From positions 480,001 through 544,000 of the forward strand of contig CAWBVY010000006.1 in NCBI GenBank assembly GCA_963792415.1: DNA of 64,000 nt. Reading direction: 5' to 3'. Shown here one piece after another: positions 50,724-59,832 of the stretch. This DNA comes from Candidatus Deferrimicrobiaceae bacterium (GTDB taxonomy: Bacteria; Desulfobacterota; Deferrimicrobia; Deferrimicrobiales; Deferrimicrobiaceae). The notes below the pieces were generated by a model that worked only from the letters and a program-made list of their open reading frames with translations, did not search any database and had not been told where the DNA came from. Numbering within the stretch: position 1 is the first letter of the stretch; each line of letters opens with the position of its first letter. The position numbers and the translations under genes were made by a program.

Positions 50724-51569
50724 TCACAACAAGTATCTTCTAATTCTATAATATTTCCTCCCGAAAAGATTCTCCTGCACAATCAATACCTTCCAGAGCA
50801 AAAGCAATATGGACTGTTTTGCGATAAATATCTTTTGCTTCAACAACAAAGACCGGTTAGTTATTAATTTTCGATGCCTTCTATGTATCTCCTTCGCCGT
50901 TTTTAAGAAATTAGCTCTTTTTTGAGTTGTTGCAGAAGAGTCATCTAATTTTAACCTGTATTCGCACGTAATTTTTCTTACATGCCCAAACGAATATAAG
51001 GAAGATAATCTAATAAAAAAATCCCAATCCTCATGCGTAAATAAATTATCGTCAAAATATCCAATATTTTCAACACAATCCTTGCGATGAGAAACACAAA
51101 TAACAGGTATATAGTTTGAAACCAGCAGTTTTTCCGCATCAAAATCCATAGAATGCATGTGCTCCGATTCTTTTTTGAAATATTCGCCATCCGACTTGTA
51201 CTGTAGGGCCTTCGCCGCATCCGAGTAAGCAACGGAAAAGCGGTGGTTCTCCAGGAAATTTATCAACTCTGAAATGTGATCCGGATAATAAACGTCATCA
51301 TCATCCAGGTAGGCGATATATTTTCCCTTTGCTGCCTTGATTCCGCTGTTCCTCGCTGCCGCAGGCCCTTTCCTGACCTCGTGATCGATGAATTGTACCT
51401 CTCTCCCAAATTCCAATGAGGAAACCATTTCCCGGATGGATTCGCCCCCGTCATTCACGACGACAATCTCTAAGTTTCCATACGTCTGCTGCGCGATGCT
51501 TCGTAGGCATTCCCGAAGCATGGCAGGACGGTTACAGGTTGGCACGATGACGGACACGATAGGATTCAT
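50724..51569 (-). CDS. GT2 glycosyltransferase (AT-rich)
   Basis: VSVIVPTCNR, VNDGG, AYLDDDD, HEDWDFFIRL. Confidence 0.9.
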   Translation of the reverse strand: MNPIVSVIVPTCNRPAMLRECLRSIAQQTYGNLEIVVVNDGGESIREMVSSLEFGREVQFIDHEVRKGPAAARNSGIKAAKGKYIAYLDDDDVYYPDHISELINFLENHRFSVAYSDAAKALQYKSDGEYFKKESEHMHSMDFDAEKLLVSNYIPVICVSHRKDCVENIGYFDDNLFTHEDWDFFIRLSSLYSFGHVRKITCEYRLKLDDSSATTQKRANFLKTAKEIHRRHRKLITNRSLLLKQKIFIAKQSILLLLWKVLIVQENLFGRKYYRIRRYLL

Positions 51570-52492
51570 CCCGGTATTTTATCCGAACCCCTTCTTCCCA
51601 TCCTGGAGTTCCTGTAATCCCCCACACCGTCCAGCGTCGCCCGAAATCCTTCCCAAACGCCGGATCGCAATTTGAATACGGAGAAAAGGTAAACCATCTC
51701 GATCAGCAAATTTCTCAGACACCCCCGTAGCGCCGATGGAGCCGGGTCATTGGTGTTCAGCGCATAAAGCGTGTTCCGGACCCCGTAATAGAATGCGTCA
51801 GGATGGCTCTCCTTGCCGACCGTAGCCGAGACTTTATGCCAAACGGCGGCTTTTGGCGCGAAGAATGCCTTGAACCCTTTCTTTTTCGCTCGCAACATCC
51901 ACTCGATCTCGTCCATATACAGAAAAAGAGACGGGTCCATCAACCCCGCTTCTTCGCACAGGCGCCGCGACACCAGCACAGCGCACCCGCAGGGCCGGTC
52001 GATCTCACGGATCTGGTCGTACTGGCCATGGTCTGTCTCCCGATACCCCTCCATCCTTCCGTAACCGCACCAGGTGCGGAATCGGGCCCCCGCGAACCAC
52101 AGGAGATCCGGGGGATCCTGGAAATAGATCTTCGGGCTGACGAAGCCGATCCTTTCCGATCGTGATGCAACCGCAAGCATTTCCCTAATGAATCCCGGGT
52201 CGACGATGGTATCGTTGTTCAGGATCAGCACATAATCGGCACCCAGCTCAAGAGCCCTCCGGATTCCCGCGTTGTTACCTCCCGTGTATCCGAGGTTTTC
52301 CCCCGTTTCAATGAGCTTGATCCCGGGAAATTCCATCTTTACGGCATCCGCGGTCCCGTCGGTGGAGCCGTTATCCACCAGGAGGACCGTGGTATCCGGA
52401 TCCGTGACCCGAGCCAGGGAACGGAGGCATTCGAGCGTGTCCTCCCTCCTGTTCCAGGCAAGGACCACGATGCAGACCCTTGGAGGTGTCAT
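51566..52492 (-). CDS. GT2 glycosyltransferase
   Basis: LVDNGSTD, NLGYTGGNNAG, LNNDT, FLYMDEIEW. Confidence 0.9.
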   Translation of the reverse strand: MTPPRVCIVVLAWNRREDTLECLRSLARVTDPDTTVLLVDNGSTDGTADAVKMEFPGIKLIETGENLGYTGGNNAGIRRALELGADYVLILNNDTIVDPGFIREMLAVASRSERIGFVSPKIYFQDPPDLLWFAGARFRTWCGYGRMEGYRETDHGQYDQIREIDRPCGCAVLVSRRLCEEAGLMDPSLFLYMDEIEWMLRAKKKGFKAFFAPKAAVWHKVSATVGKESHPDAFYYGVRNTLYALNTNDPAPSALRGCLRNLLIEMVYLFSVFKLRSGVWEGFRATLDGVGDYRNSRMGRRGSDKIPG

Positions 52493-52669
52493 CCTGTCCC
52501 CGGCACAGGAGGCGTGCGACATTTGCCGTCTCGTTTCGGATAAATATCCGCCCCGGGATCAAATAGGATCATCGATCCGGAAAAATGCATACTGAAGGTA
52601 CCCGACATGTCGGTGTATATTAACATTTCATATGCGCAGTCATTTCCATGGTGTGGAGAACGGTAGAAA

Positions 52670-53629
52670 ATGAAGCGCGCCATCATCGCGGGCATCGCCG
52701 GACAGGATGGTTCCTACCTCGCCGAACTCCTTGTGGAAAAGGGGTACAAGGTCCTCGGGTTCCTCAAGAAGGGCGAGGACACGTCGAACCTGGCCCAGAT
52801 CGTCAGGGACGTCGTCCTCGAGGAGACCGAACTCGTCCGGAAGGATGACATCATCCGATGGACCCGCCTTTTCGGCCCTGACGAGGTCTACAATTTCGCG
52901 GCCATGTCCTTCATCCCGGAATCCTGGGACGACCCGTACGGGGCATTCCAGGCCAATACGCTGCTGGTGGCCGCCTTCCTCGAGGTACTCAAGAACCACT
53001 GCCCTTCGGCACGTTTCTACCAGGCGTCCTCCTCGGAAATCTTCGGCGACCCTCCGCATTCCCCGCAGGACGAGGAGACGCCGCACAACCCGGTGACACC
53101 GTACGGGGTGAGCAAGCTCGCGGCCCACCTTCTCGCGGGGCTCTATCGGCGGAGATACGGCATGTACGTCGCCAGCGGGATCCTGTACAACCATGAATCT
53201 CCCCGGAGGCAGGATCATTTCGTCACGCAAAAGATCGCCAGGGCTGCGGCCGAAATCTCGCTCGGCTGGTCGGAGAAATTGAAGCTTGGATCCATCGACG
53301 CCCGGAGGGACTGGGGATACGCCGGCGATTTCGTCCGCGGGATCTGGCTGATGCTGCAGCAGCCCGCGGCCGCCGACTATGTCCTCGCGACCGGGGAAAC
53401 CCATTCCATCCGTGATTACCTGCAGGAGGCTTTCTCCCGCGTGGGGCTACGCTGGGAAGATTGGGTGGAAACCGACCCGACCCTTGTCCGTCCAGTGGAA
53501 GTGGGGCGACTGGTCGGCAACCCGTCACGGGCAAAGGAATTTCTCGGCTGGATTCCCAAGGTCACTTTTCCACAACTGGTGCACATGATGGTGGACTCGC
53601 AACTGGATCGATTGAAAAACCCACGTTAA
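52670..53629 (+). CDS. gmd: GDP-mannose 4,6-dehydratase
   Basis: GIAGQDGSYLAELL, QASSSEIFG, PYGVSK, NHESPRR, FVTQKI, RDWGYA. Confidence 0.9.
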   Translation: MKRAIIAGIAGQDGSYLAELLVEKGYKVLGFLKKGEDTSNLAQIVRDVVLEETELVRKDDIIRWTRLFGPDEVYNFAAMSFIPESWDDPYGAFQANTLLVAAFLEVLKNHCPSARFYQASSSEIFGDPPHSPQDEETPHNPVTPYGVSKLAAHLLAGLYRRRYGMYVASGILYNHESPRRQDHFVTQKIARAAAEISLGWSEKLKLGSIDARRDWGYAGDFVRGIWLMLQQPAAADYVLATGETHSIRDYLQEAFSRVGLRWEDWVETDPTLVRPVEVGRLVGNPSRAKEFLGWIPKVTFPQLVHMMVDSQLDRLKNPR

Positions 53630-54726
53630 GCGCCGATCCTTCGGCCCCCTGCGAGATCGAGGTATTTCCGGATCGAGCTTTCCTGCCGGTAGATCGAAGC
53701 CCTCTCCCGCCCCCTTTTCCGAAGAGAGTCTGACAGACCGGAATCATCAAGGACCTCCCTGATCCCCCCCGCGATCGACTCGGCACGGTTCGGGTCCACG
53801 TAGCGAACGGCGTCCCCGTACACCTCCCGGAAGACGGGGATGTCGGAGCACACCACCGGGACGCCGGAAGCCATCGCCTCCAGCGGCGGCAGCCCGAACC
53901 CTTCCGCGAAGGAAGGGAAAATGAACGCTTTCGCCCGGGAAAGCAGCCGCACAATCTCCTCGTCCGTCGGGTCGGCAATTTCGATCAACCGGTCTTTCAA
54001 CCTCGGATCGGTATTCCACCGGTCGACCATGTCGGGAGTCGAGTACCGGCTTCCCGCAATCACGAGCTTCAACTGCGGGAAATCATCCAGCAACAGGAGA
54101 AATGCCCTGATGGCTCCCTCGACATTCTTGTGGGCGATCCGCAGGCCCAGGTAGAGGAGATACTCCCCGGAAACCGGCGACCCCCCAGTCGGAGGAGGCT
54201 CGAAGAAGGTCTCCTTGACCCACGGGTAGATCACGCGGATCTTCCCCGGCGGGAGCCCGAACTCCCGTACCAGGTCCTTCTTTACCGAATCCGAGATCGT
54301 CACCACCGCCTCCGCCCCGCGGACCGCCCGCGAGAGGAGCCAGTGAAAACCGGCCTTGCGATACCACGGCAGCCAGAAATGCGGCGAGAAGACTGTGACG
54401 TCGTTGACGCTGACGATGTATCTCCCCGGTACGGAGAGCGGGACGTTGTGCCCAGGGAAGAAGAAGACCCGCTCCTTTCCCCGAAGGGATCGCAGGACCA
54501 TCGACTTCAGGACGAGGTCACCGAACCCCATCGGGCCGTAGCGAACGAAGAACGGAACGATCATCGGATGAGGGAACTGTTCGATGAACCTCTCCTTGTG
54601 CAAGGCCGGAACGATCGTGTGTATCTCCCCGACGTCGGCGTTCCCCGCGAACGCCGCCAGGAGGTTCTCGTAGACGCGCCCTACCCCGGAACAGCGGTAG
54701 AACATCCCGTCCAGATAGATGCTCAT
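53626..54726 (-). CDS. GT4 glycosyltransferase (mannosyltransferase-like)
   Basis: Start MSIYLDG; HKNVEG, FPSFAEGFGLPPLEAMASGVPVV. Confidence 0.9.
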   Translation of the reverse strand: MSIYLDGMFYRCSGVGRVYENLLAAFAGNADVGEIHTIVPALHKERFIEQFPHPMIVPFFVRYGPMGFGDLVLKSMVLRSLRGKERVFFFPGHNVPLSVPGRYIVSVNDVTVFSPHFWLPWYRKAGFHWLLSRAVRGAEAVVTISDSVKKDLVREFGLPPGKIRVIYPWVKETFFEPPPTGGSPVSGEYLLYLGLRIAHKNVEGAIRAFLLLLDDFPQLKLVIAGSRYSTPDMVDRWNTDPRLKDRLIEIADPTDEEIVRLLSRAKAFIFPSFAEGFGLPPLEAMASGVPVVCSDIPVFREVYGDAVRYVDPNRAESIAGGIREVLDDSGLSDSLRKRGRERASIYRQESSIRKYLDLAGGRRIGA

Positions 54727-55883
54727 TCGACCGGGGCGCCACAAAGGCGCCGATAAAACGGAATGGCGGCGTCCCTCATCGCGGTGTAGGAAAACTTCTC
54801 GAAGGTCCGCCGGCGCGCATTCTCTCCGAGCCGTTCCCGGAGGGACGCGTCGGAAAGGAGTCGGTTGCACGCCTCCGCAAACCCCGCGGCGTCGCCAACG
54901 TGGAACGTGAGCCCGGTCTCGCCGTCGACGTTCACGTATGTGACCCCGCTCGGAAGGTCGCTGCTGACGACGGGTTTCCCGAGCGCCATCGCCTCGATCT
55001 GGACGATCCCGAACCCCTCGAGCGCGGTAACGGATGGCAGGACGAAGAAGTCGCACCCGAGGTAGTACGGGCGGAGGTCGTCCACTCTCCCTAAAAGGCG
55101 AACCTTCTCTTCCAATCCCCTTGCCGCGATCTCCTTCCGGAGGGGTGTATCGAGGGGCCCGGTGCCGATGATGGCGATCCTGTAGGGGATCCGGTCCGCG
55201 GCCCGCAGGAGCGTTTCCAGCCCCTTGTACGGGACGAGGCGACCGACGAAGAGCAGGAAGCTTCCTCCGATTGCCTTGCGGGTCTTCTCCGCGGACGATC
55301 GGTCCGCATCGGAAATATCGAACCACGGATCGGGGATCGCGTACGGGATGATGACGGTGCGGTCGGCGAACCGGCGGAACGTGTCCGAACACGCCACATG
55401 ATGGGGGGTGGCTGCCACGAACGCGTCGGTCCGGCGGAAGAGGAACTCTTCGATCGGTCGGAACAGGGAGTACAAGGCCCTCTTCCAGACCTCCTCGAGA
55501 AGGACGTCCGCATGGTGCCAGAGGACGATCTTCTCCGACTTTCGCCGCAAGAGGAGTGACAGAGCCAAGGCAGCGACGGCCATGGGGTTCGGGTAATGAA
55601 GCAGGATCGCCTGGAATCGCCGCTCCTTCCGGAGACGGTGGAGAACCCATGGAAGCGATGGAAGGATCGGCGTGAGCAGAATCGTACCGCGCTCCTTTAT
55701 GGAATGAACGGTGGCGCCGCCGGAGCTCTCGACGCGGGTGGGGCCGACCTTTGAAGCGACGAGGCAGTAATTATCGAGCCTCCCCGCAGTCGCCTCGGCG
55801 AAGCTCTTCACGACCACTTCCATCCCCCCGGGTTCGGGCGGGTAATATTTCCCGAGGTGGAGTATCCCGATCGGTTCGCCCAT
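54723..55883 (-). CDS. GT4 glycosyltransferase (WbaZ/MtfC-like)
   Basis: HLGKYYPPEPGGME, FVGRLVPYKG, EGFGIVQIEAMALGKPV. Confidence 0.9.
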   Translation of the reverse strand: MGEPIGILHLGKYYPPEPGGMEVVVKSFAEATAGRLDNYCLVASKVGPTRVESSGGATVHSIKERGTILLTPILPSLPWVLHRLRKERRFQAILLHYPNPMAVAALALSLLLRRKSEKIVLWHHADVLLEEVWKRALYSLFRPIEEFLFRRTDAFVAATPHHVACSDTFRRFADRTVIIPYAIPDPWFDISDADRSSAEKTRKAIGGSFLLFVGRLVPYKGLETLLRAADRIPYRIAIIGTGPLDTPLRKEIAARGLEEKVRLLGRVDDLRPYYLGCDFFVLPSVTALEGFGIVQIEAMALGKPVVSSDLPSGVTYVNVDGETGLTFHVGDAAGFAEACNRLLSDASLRERLGENARRRTFEKFSYTAMRDAAIPFYRRLCGAPVE

Positions 55884-55891
55884 CGCGGCGA

Positions 55892-57802
55892 TCAGCGGGC
55901 CCTGTTGCCCTGGCCCTGCTCCAGCTGCTTAAGGCGGCCGCGCAGGTACGGATCGTTCACCTCCTCCAACCCCATGCGCAGGCTTTCAATCGCCCCCTTG
56001 CGATCCCCCATCATCAGGTACATGTTGGCCATCGTCTGGTAGGCGACGACCGGGGAGACACCGAGAAAGGTGTAATGATAGGCCTCCCGGATGATGTGCC
56101 TCGGCAGGATCCCCTTCGGGATCTCATGGGCCTTGACGTACCCTCGCAGTTCCGGAGTGTTGCGGACGAAGATGACGAACAGGCCGTCGGAGAAGACCAG
56201 CGACCAGTTCGGGTCGTTGGCGAGAAGGGGCACGATGGGGAGGATCATCCCCGAGGAGTCCATCGTCTTCAGCACCATGTACGTGATCCCGTACTTGTCG
56301 ATGACCCCCTCCCACCCGGGCATCCCCCCGGTGACCGACTGGTGCTCCATGAACACCTGCTGGTTGTACGTCCGGCCGTCGAGAAAGGTAAGGGCGCCAG
56401 GGTAGAGCTGCCAGTCGAGGAACCCGCCGATGTCGAAGAAGTTGAACATCTTTCCCGGGACGGGATTCCTCCGAAGGAATTCCGCCGCCTTGAAGGAGAA
56501 CTTGTGCTCCGTGATTCCCACGCCGTACTCCAACTGGGAGAAGGAGAACGCGAGCGTTGTTCCGCCGAAGGCGACGAGGGCGAGGACGACGACGCCGATG
56601 AGGATCGCGTGGACCGCTGCGAAGCGCGGACGGGGATCGGGTCGAACGGCGACCGCCGCCGGTTGAGGGCGCTTCTTCCCCTTTTTCTGCCGTTTCTCTT
56701 CCGGCGCCTCCGCTTTGGGTGTCACCTTGGCGGAAAACCATCCCGCCGCCTCCGACAGGAATCCGGTCAGGTGAAGCGATACCCCGGGAGAGAGGAAGAG
56801 TCCCATCATCGACACGGCCCGCGCCGAACCCCACGCCCCCTTGAATGCGATGGCGAACAGGAAGAGGTCGAGAAGGTAGACACGGCGCCCCGCCATTCCC
56901 AGGCAGAGGGACACCGCGGCGAAGACGACCGCAGCCTTGAAGTATATGTAGAATCCGGTCCCCTTCACCGGGGTCAGCTCCGAGATCGACATCAAGATGT
57001 TATTGGTGTTCCCTCCCGCTCCCCGGGAGATCATGTGGAGCGGCGCCAGCAGCCAGCCGTAGCCGTGCGGGTTCAGGCCGGAGAGGACGAGACCCGCGAC
57101 GCCCGTAACCAGGGGGGGGAGGATCCACGTCCGAAGCCTCGCCCACTGGAACTCCTTCTTCCAGGCCGCCCGGACGAGGGCGTCGGCGAAAAACGCGCCG
57201 TAGAGGCCGAACGCCATCAGGTAGGTCGGGTGACTGTTGGCCCACACGAGGATCATCGGGGGGAAAAGGTAGATCAGTTTTTTGCGGCTCCCGAAGTAAT
57301 ACTCGCTCAGGAGGAAGATCGTCATGGCGGTGAACAGGTACGTGAAGATCTCCGGCCGTGGCTGGATTCGGATGCGGAGGAACCCCGAGAACGCGAAGAT
57401 GGCAAGGACCGCGAGGAGGGGGTGCGCCCCGCGAAGCACCATGGCCCGGTAAAGGAAGAGGAAGATCCCGAAGACGACCGCCCAGACGAGGAACGAGGCC
57501 CCGTACTCCCCTGTCGCGGCGAACACCAGGTACAGAACCGCCTGGAACCCCCACTCGCCGCCGCTCCCGTTCTCCATCCCGAGGGACGGGTAGTTCCAAT
57601 GCTCGATCGACGGGATCTCTTGCTGCTTGACGATGAACCTTCCCAACGCGATGTGCGTCCCGAAGTCGCTCGTGAAGATCTTCGTGAGCATCGGCAGCGT
57701 GATGAGGAAGAGAAGGGTGAAGGCGACGATGTTCAGTTCCTTCGGGGTGAGGTCCCACCAGCGGCGTGGCGCACCGCCGGCTTCGAGCACCGGTTCCGCC
57801 AT
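55892..57802 (-). CDS. Polytopic membrane protein, putative GT-C fold glycosyltransferase with C-terminal TPR-like helices
   Basis: SDFGTHIALGR, RIQPRPEIF, WANSH, ISEL, FNFFDIGGFLDW...FLDGR; more than ten TMs. Confidence 0.65.
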   Translation of the reverse strand: MAEPVLEAGGAPRRWWDLTPKELNIVAFTLLFLITLPMLTKIFTSDFGTHIALGRFIVKQQEIPSIEHWNYPSLGMENGSGGEWGFQAVLYLVFAATGEYGASFLVWAVVFGIFLFLYRAMVLRGAHPLLAVLAIFAFSGFLRIRIQPRPEIFTYLFTAMTIFLLSEYYFGSRKKLIYLFPPMILVWANSHPTYLMAFGLYGAFFADALVRAAWKKEFQWARLRTWILPPLVTGVAGLVLSGLNPHGYGWLLAPLHMISRGAGGNTNNILMSISELTPVKGTGFYIYFKAAVVFAAVSLCLGMAGRRVYLLDLFLFAIAFKGAWGSARAVSMMGLFLSPGVSLHLTGFLSEAAGWFSAKVTPKAEAPEEKRQKKGKKRPQPAAVAVRPDPRPRFAAVHAILIGVVVLALVAFGGTTLAFSFSQLEYGVGITEHKFSFKAAEFLRRNPVPGKMFNFFDIGGFLDWQLYPGALTFLDGRTYNQQVFMEHQSVTGGMPGWEGVIDKYGITYMVLKTMDSSGMILPIVPLLANDPNWSLVFSDGLFVIFVRNTPELRGYVKAHEIPKGILPRHIIREAYHYTFLGVSPVVAYQTMANMYLMMGDRKGAIESLRMGLEEVNDPYLRGRLKQLEQGQGNRAR

Positions 57803-57828
57803 CTACCTGTCGCCTCCAATACGCACGA

Positions 57829-58791
57829 TCATCTCCGGATACCTCGCTGGGATTTTCTTCCGGGGGAATGCTTCCGGGCGCTACGCCTTCCGACGGCGGC
57901 TCGCGAACATGAAGATATCATAGGGTCGACGTCAGTGGGCGGGCGCCCCCGTGGCGCTGCCGGCAACGGGGCCGGGAGGGCGGCATTGCCGAACGGCCGC
58001 CGGTGAAACACCGTGGTGAGCTTGAGGCTCGGGCACCGGGTGCAGTCGAGGCAGCGCAGGCAGTCCGGGTCGGTCGGGTTCCGGTCGGGACGGATGTCGA
58101 CCGGGCAGAGATCCTGACACTTCCCGCACCGCGTGCAGGTGTCGGGATCCCAGGCGAGCTGCAGGAAGCTCGACTTGTTGAACAGGGAGAAGATCGCACC
58201 GAGGGGGCAGATCGCCCGGCAGAAGGGGCGTTTTACCATCGTCGACGTCGTGACGAAGAAGAGCACGATCGCGATCTTGACCCAGAACAGCGACCGGACC
58301 ATCGAGCGGATGCCGGCGTTCATCGTGACCCACGGAAGCCCGCCCATCAGCGTTCCCACGGGACACAGCTTCGAGAACCAGTTCTCGTGGGTGAGATACG
58401 GGATGACGAACACCAGCCCGGCCAGGACGGCATACCGCAGATACCGCGTCCAGTGCGGCAGGGACGCCTTCCACCCCCGGAACTTGTACAGGAGATCCTG
58501 TAGGGCGCCGAAGGGGCACAGGGTCCCGCACGTCATCCGCCCCACGGACGCGCCGACGACCGAAAGGGTCCCGACCGCGTACCAGGAGACGTTCCCGCCC
58601 GCCGCGAAATGCTGCAGCGTGCCGATGGGACAGGAGAGCAGCGCGGAGGGGCAGGCGTAGCAGTTCAGCAACGGGGTGCAGACGCTCTTCATCGGCCCCT
58701 GGTAGAGCGACGTCGACAGGAACCCGGGAAGCCAGGCGTTGGGAAGGACGGCCCCCAACCCCTGGAAGATCCGTCGTTTCAGATATCTCAC
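57829..58791 (-). CDS. Membrane 4Fe-4S binding protein (NapH/YccM-like)
   Basis: CTPLLNCYACP...CPIGTLQ, GRMTCGTLCPFG, FCRAICPLG, CTRCGKCQDLCP, CLRCLDC; C-terminal tail may be over-long. Confidence 0.88.
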   Translation of the reverse strand: MRYLKRRIFQGLGAVLPNAWLPGFLSTSLYQGPMKSVCTPLLNCYACPSALLSCPIGTLQHFAAGGNVSWYAVGTLSVVGASVGRMTCGTLCPFGALQDLLYKFRGWKASLPHWTRYLRYAVLAGLVFVIPYLTHENWFSKLCPVGTLMGGLPWVTMNAGIRSMVRSLFWVKIAIVLFFVTTSTMVKRPFCRAICPLGAIFSLFNKSSFLQLAWDPDTCTRCGKCQDLCPVDIRPDRNPTDPDCLRCLDCTRCPSLKLTTVFHRRPFGNAALPAPLPAAPRGRPPTDVDPMISSCSRAAVGRRSARKHSPGRKSQRGIRR

Positions 58792-58808
58792 GGGATCACC
58801 CGATCCCG
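58791..58808 (-). promoter_or_regulatory. Candidate bacterial SECIS hairpin
   Basis: CGGGATC-GGGT-GATCCCG: 7-bp stem with G-rich tetraloop starting 11 nt after the in-frame UGA. Confidence 0.65.
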
Positions 58809-58936
58809 ATGCACGACAGTCAAAGCAGCGCGCCGTTGATCAGCACCTCCGCGATCTCCTTCCGGAAGATGCCGAGCATAAGAGCCGAGACGGCCAGCAC
58901 GGCCGTGACCAGAAAGGCGACCGGGCGTCCCTTCAT
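58796..58936 (-). CDS. Putative selenocysteine-containing membrane microprotein (CD1871A-like CxxC family, here UxxC)
   Basis: MKGRPVAFLVTAVLAVSALMLGIFRKEIAEVLINGALL-TGA-LSCIGIG-stop; TGA at 58822-58820 occupies the first Cys position of CxxCIGIG; G-rich RBS; SECIS-like hairpin follows. Confidence 0.82.
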
Positions 58937-58955
58937 GCCCCCCCCGAACCCGGGA

Positions 58956-59795
58956 TCAGCCTCCGCCGTAGGAGTGCAGGCCGGAGAGAAGGAGGTTGAC
59001 GCCGAGGTAGCACATGATCGTCGCCAGGAACCCGACGATGGAGAGGATGGCGGCGCGCTTGCCGTGCCACCCGCGGGTTACCCGCGCGTGGAGGAACGCC
59101 GCGTAGATCAGCCAGATGATCAGGGACCAGGTTTCCTTCGGGTCCCACGACCAGTAGGTCCCCCAGGCGTAGTTCGCCCAGGCCGCGCCGGTGATGATCC
59201 CTACGGTGAGGAACGGGAATCCCCAGATGATCGACCGGTAGACCAGTTCGTCGAGCATCTTGCACGCCGGCAGAAGGCCCACGACCCCTTCGGAGATCTT
59301 CGCATTTTCCTGCCGGGCCTTCAGCAGGTACATCACGGCCACCCCGGCGGAGACGGCGAACGCCGCGTACCCGACGAAGCAGGTGATGACGTGGGCGTGG
59401 AGCCAGTACGACTGGAGGGCGGGCACCAGCGGCTGGATGCTGCTGTCGTTATAGACGGCGAAGACCATCGTGAGGAAGGCGATCGGCATCACGAAGCCGC
59501 CGAGGGTCCGGTTCCGGTACTTCCTCTCCACGACCAGGTAGAAGAGGTTCACCGACCAGGCGAAGAAGACGAGCGACTCGTAAAGATTCGTGACGGGGAT
59601 GCGACCGATCCCCATCTGGTACGACTCGTACCAGCGCACCCCGAGCGCCGCGGTGGATACAACCGCCCCGAGGAGGCAGACCCAGGTGCCCATGACGCCG
59701 AGCTTCTCGTTTTTCGCGTAGAGGGCGCCGAGGTACATGGCGGACGCCACACCGAACAGGACCGTGGTGAGATTGAACAGGATGACGTTGCTCAT
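58956..59795 (-). CDS. ccsA: Cytochrome c biogenesis protein CcsA/ResC (System II)
   Basis: PVTNLYESL, LQSYWLHAHV, GAAWANYAWGTYWSWDPKETW, GLHSY. Confidence 0.96.
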   Translation of the reverse strand: MSNVILFNLTTVLFGVASAMYLGALYAKNEKLGVMGTWVCLLGAVVSTAALGVRWYESYQMGIGRIPVTNLYESLVFFAWSVNLFYLVVERKYRNRTLGGFVMPIAFLTMVFAVYNDSSIQPLVPALQSYWLHAHVITCFVGYAAFAVSAGVAVMYLLKARQENAKISEGVVGLLPACKMLDELVYRSIIWGFPFLTVGIITGAAWANYAWGTYWSWDPKETWSLIIWLIYAAFLHARVTRGWHGKRAAILSIVGFLATIMCYLGVNLLLSGLHSYGGG

Positions 59796-59832
59796 TTCGA
59801 GGGGGCTCCTGCGGCGGTCCGCGGCCAGGCGG

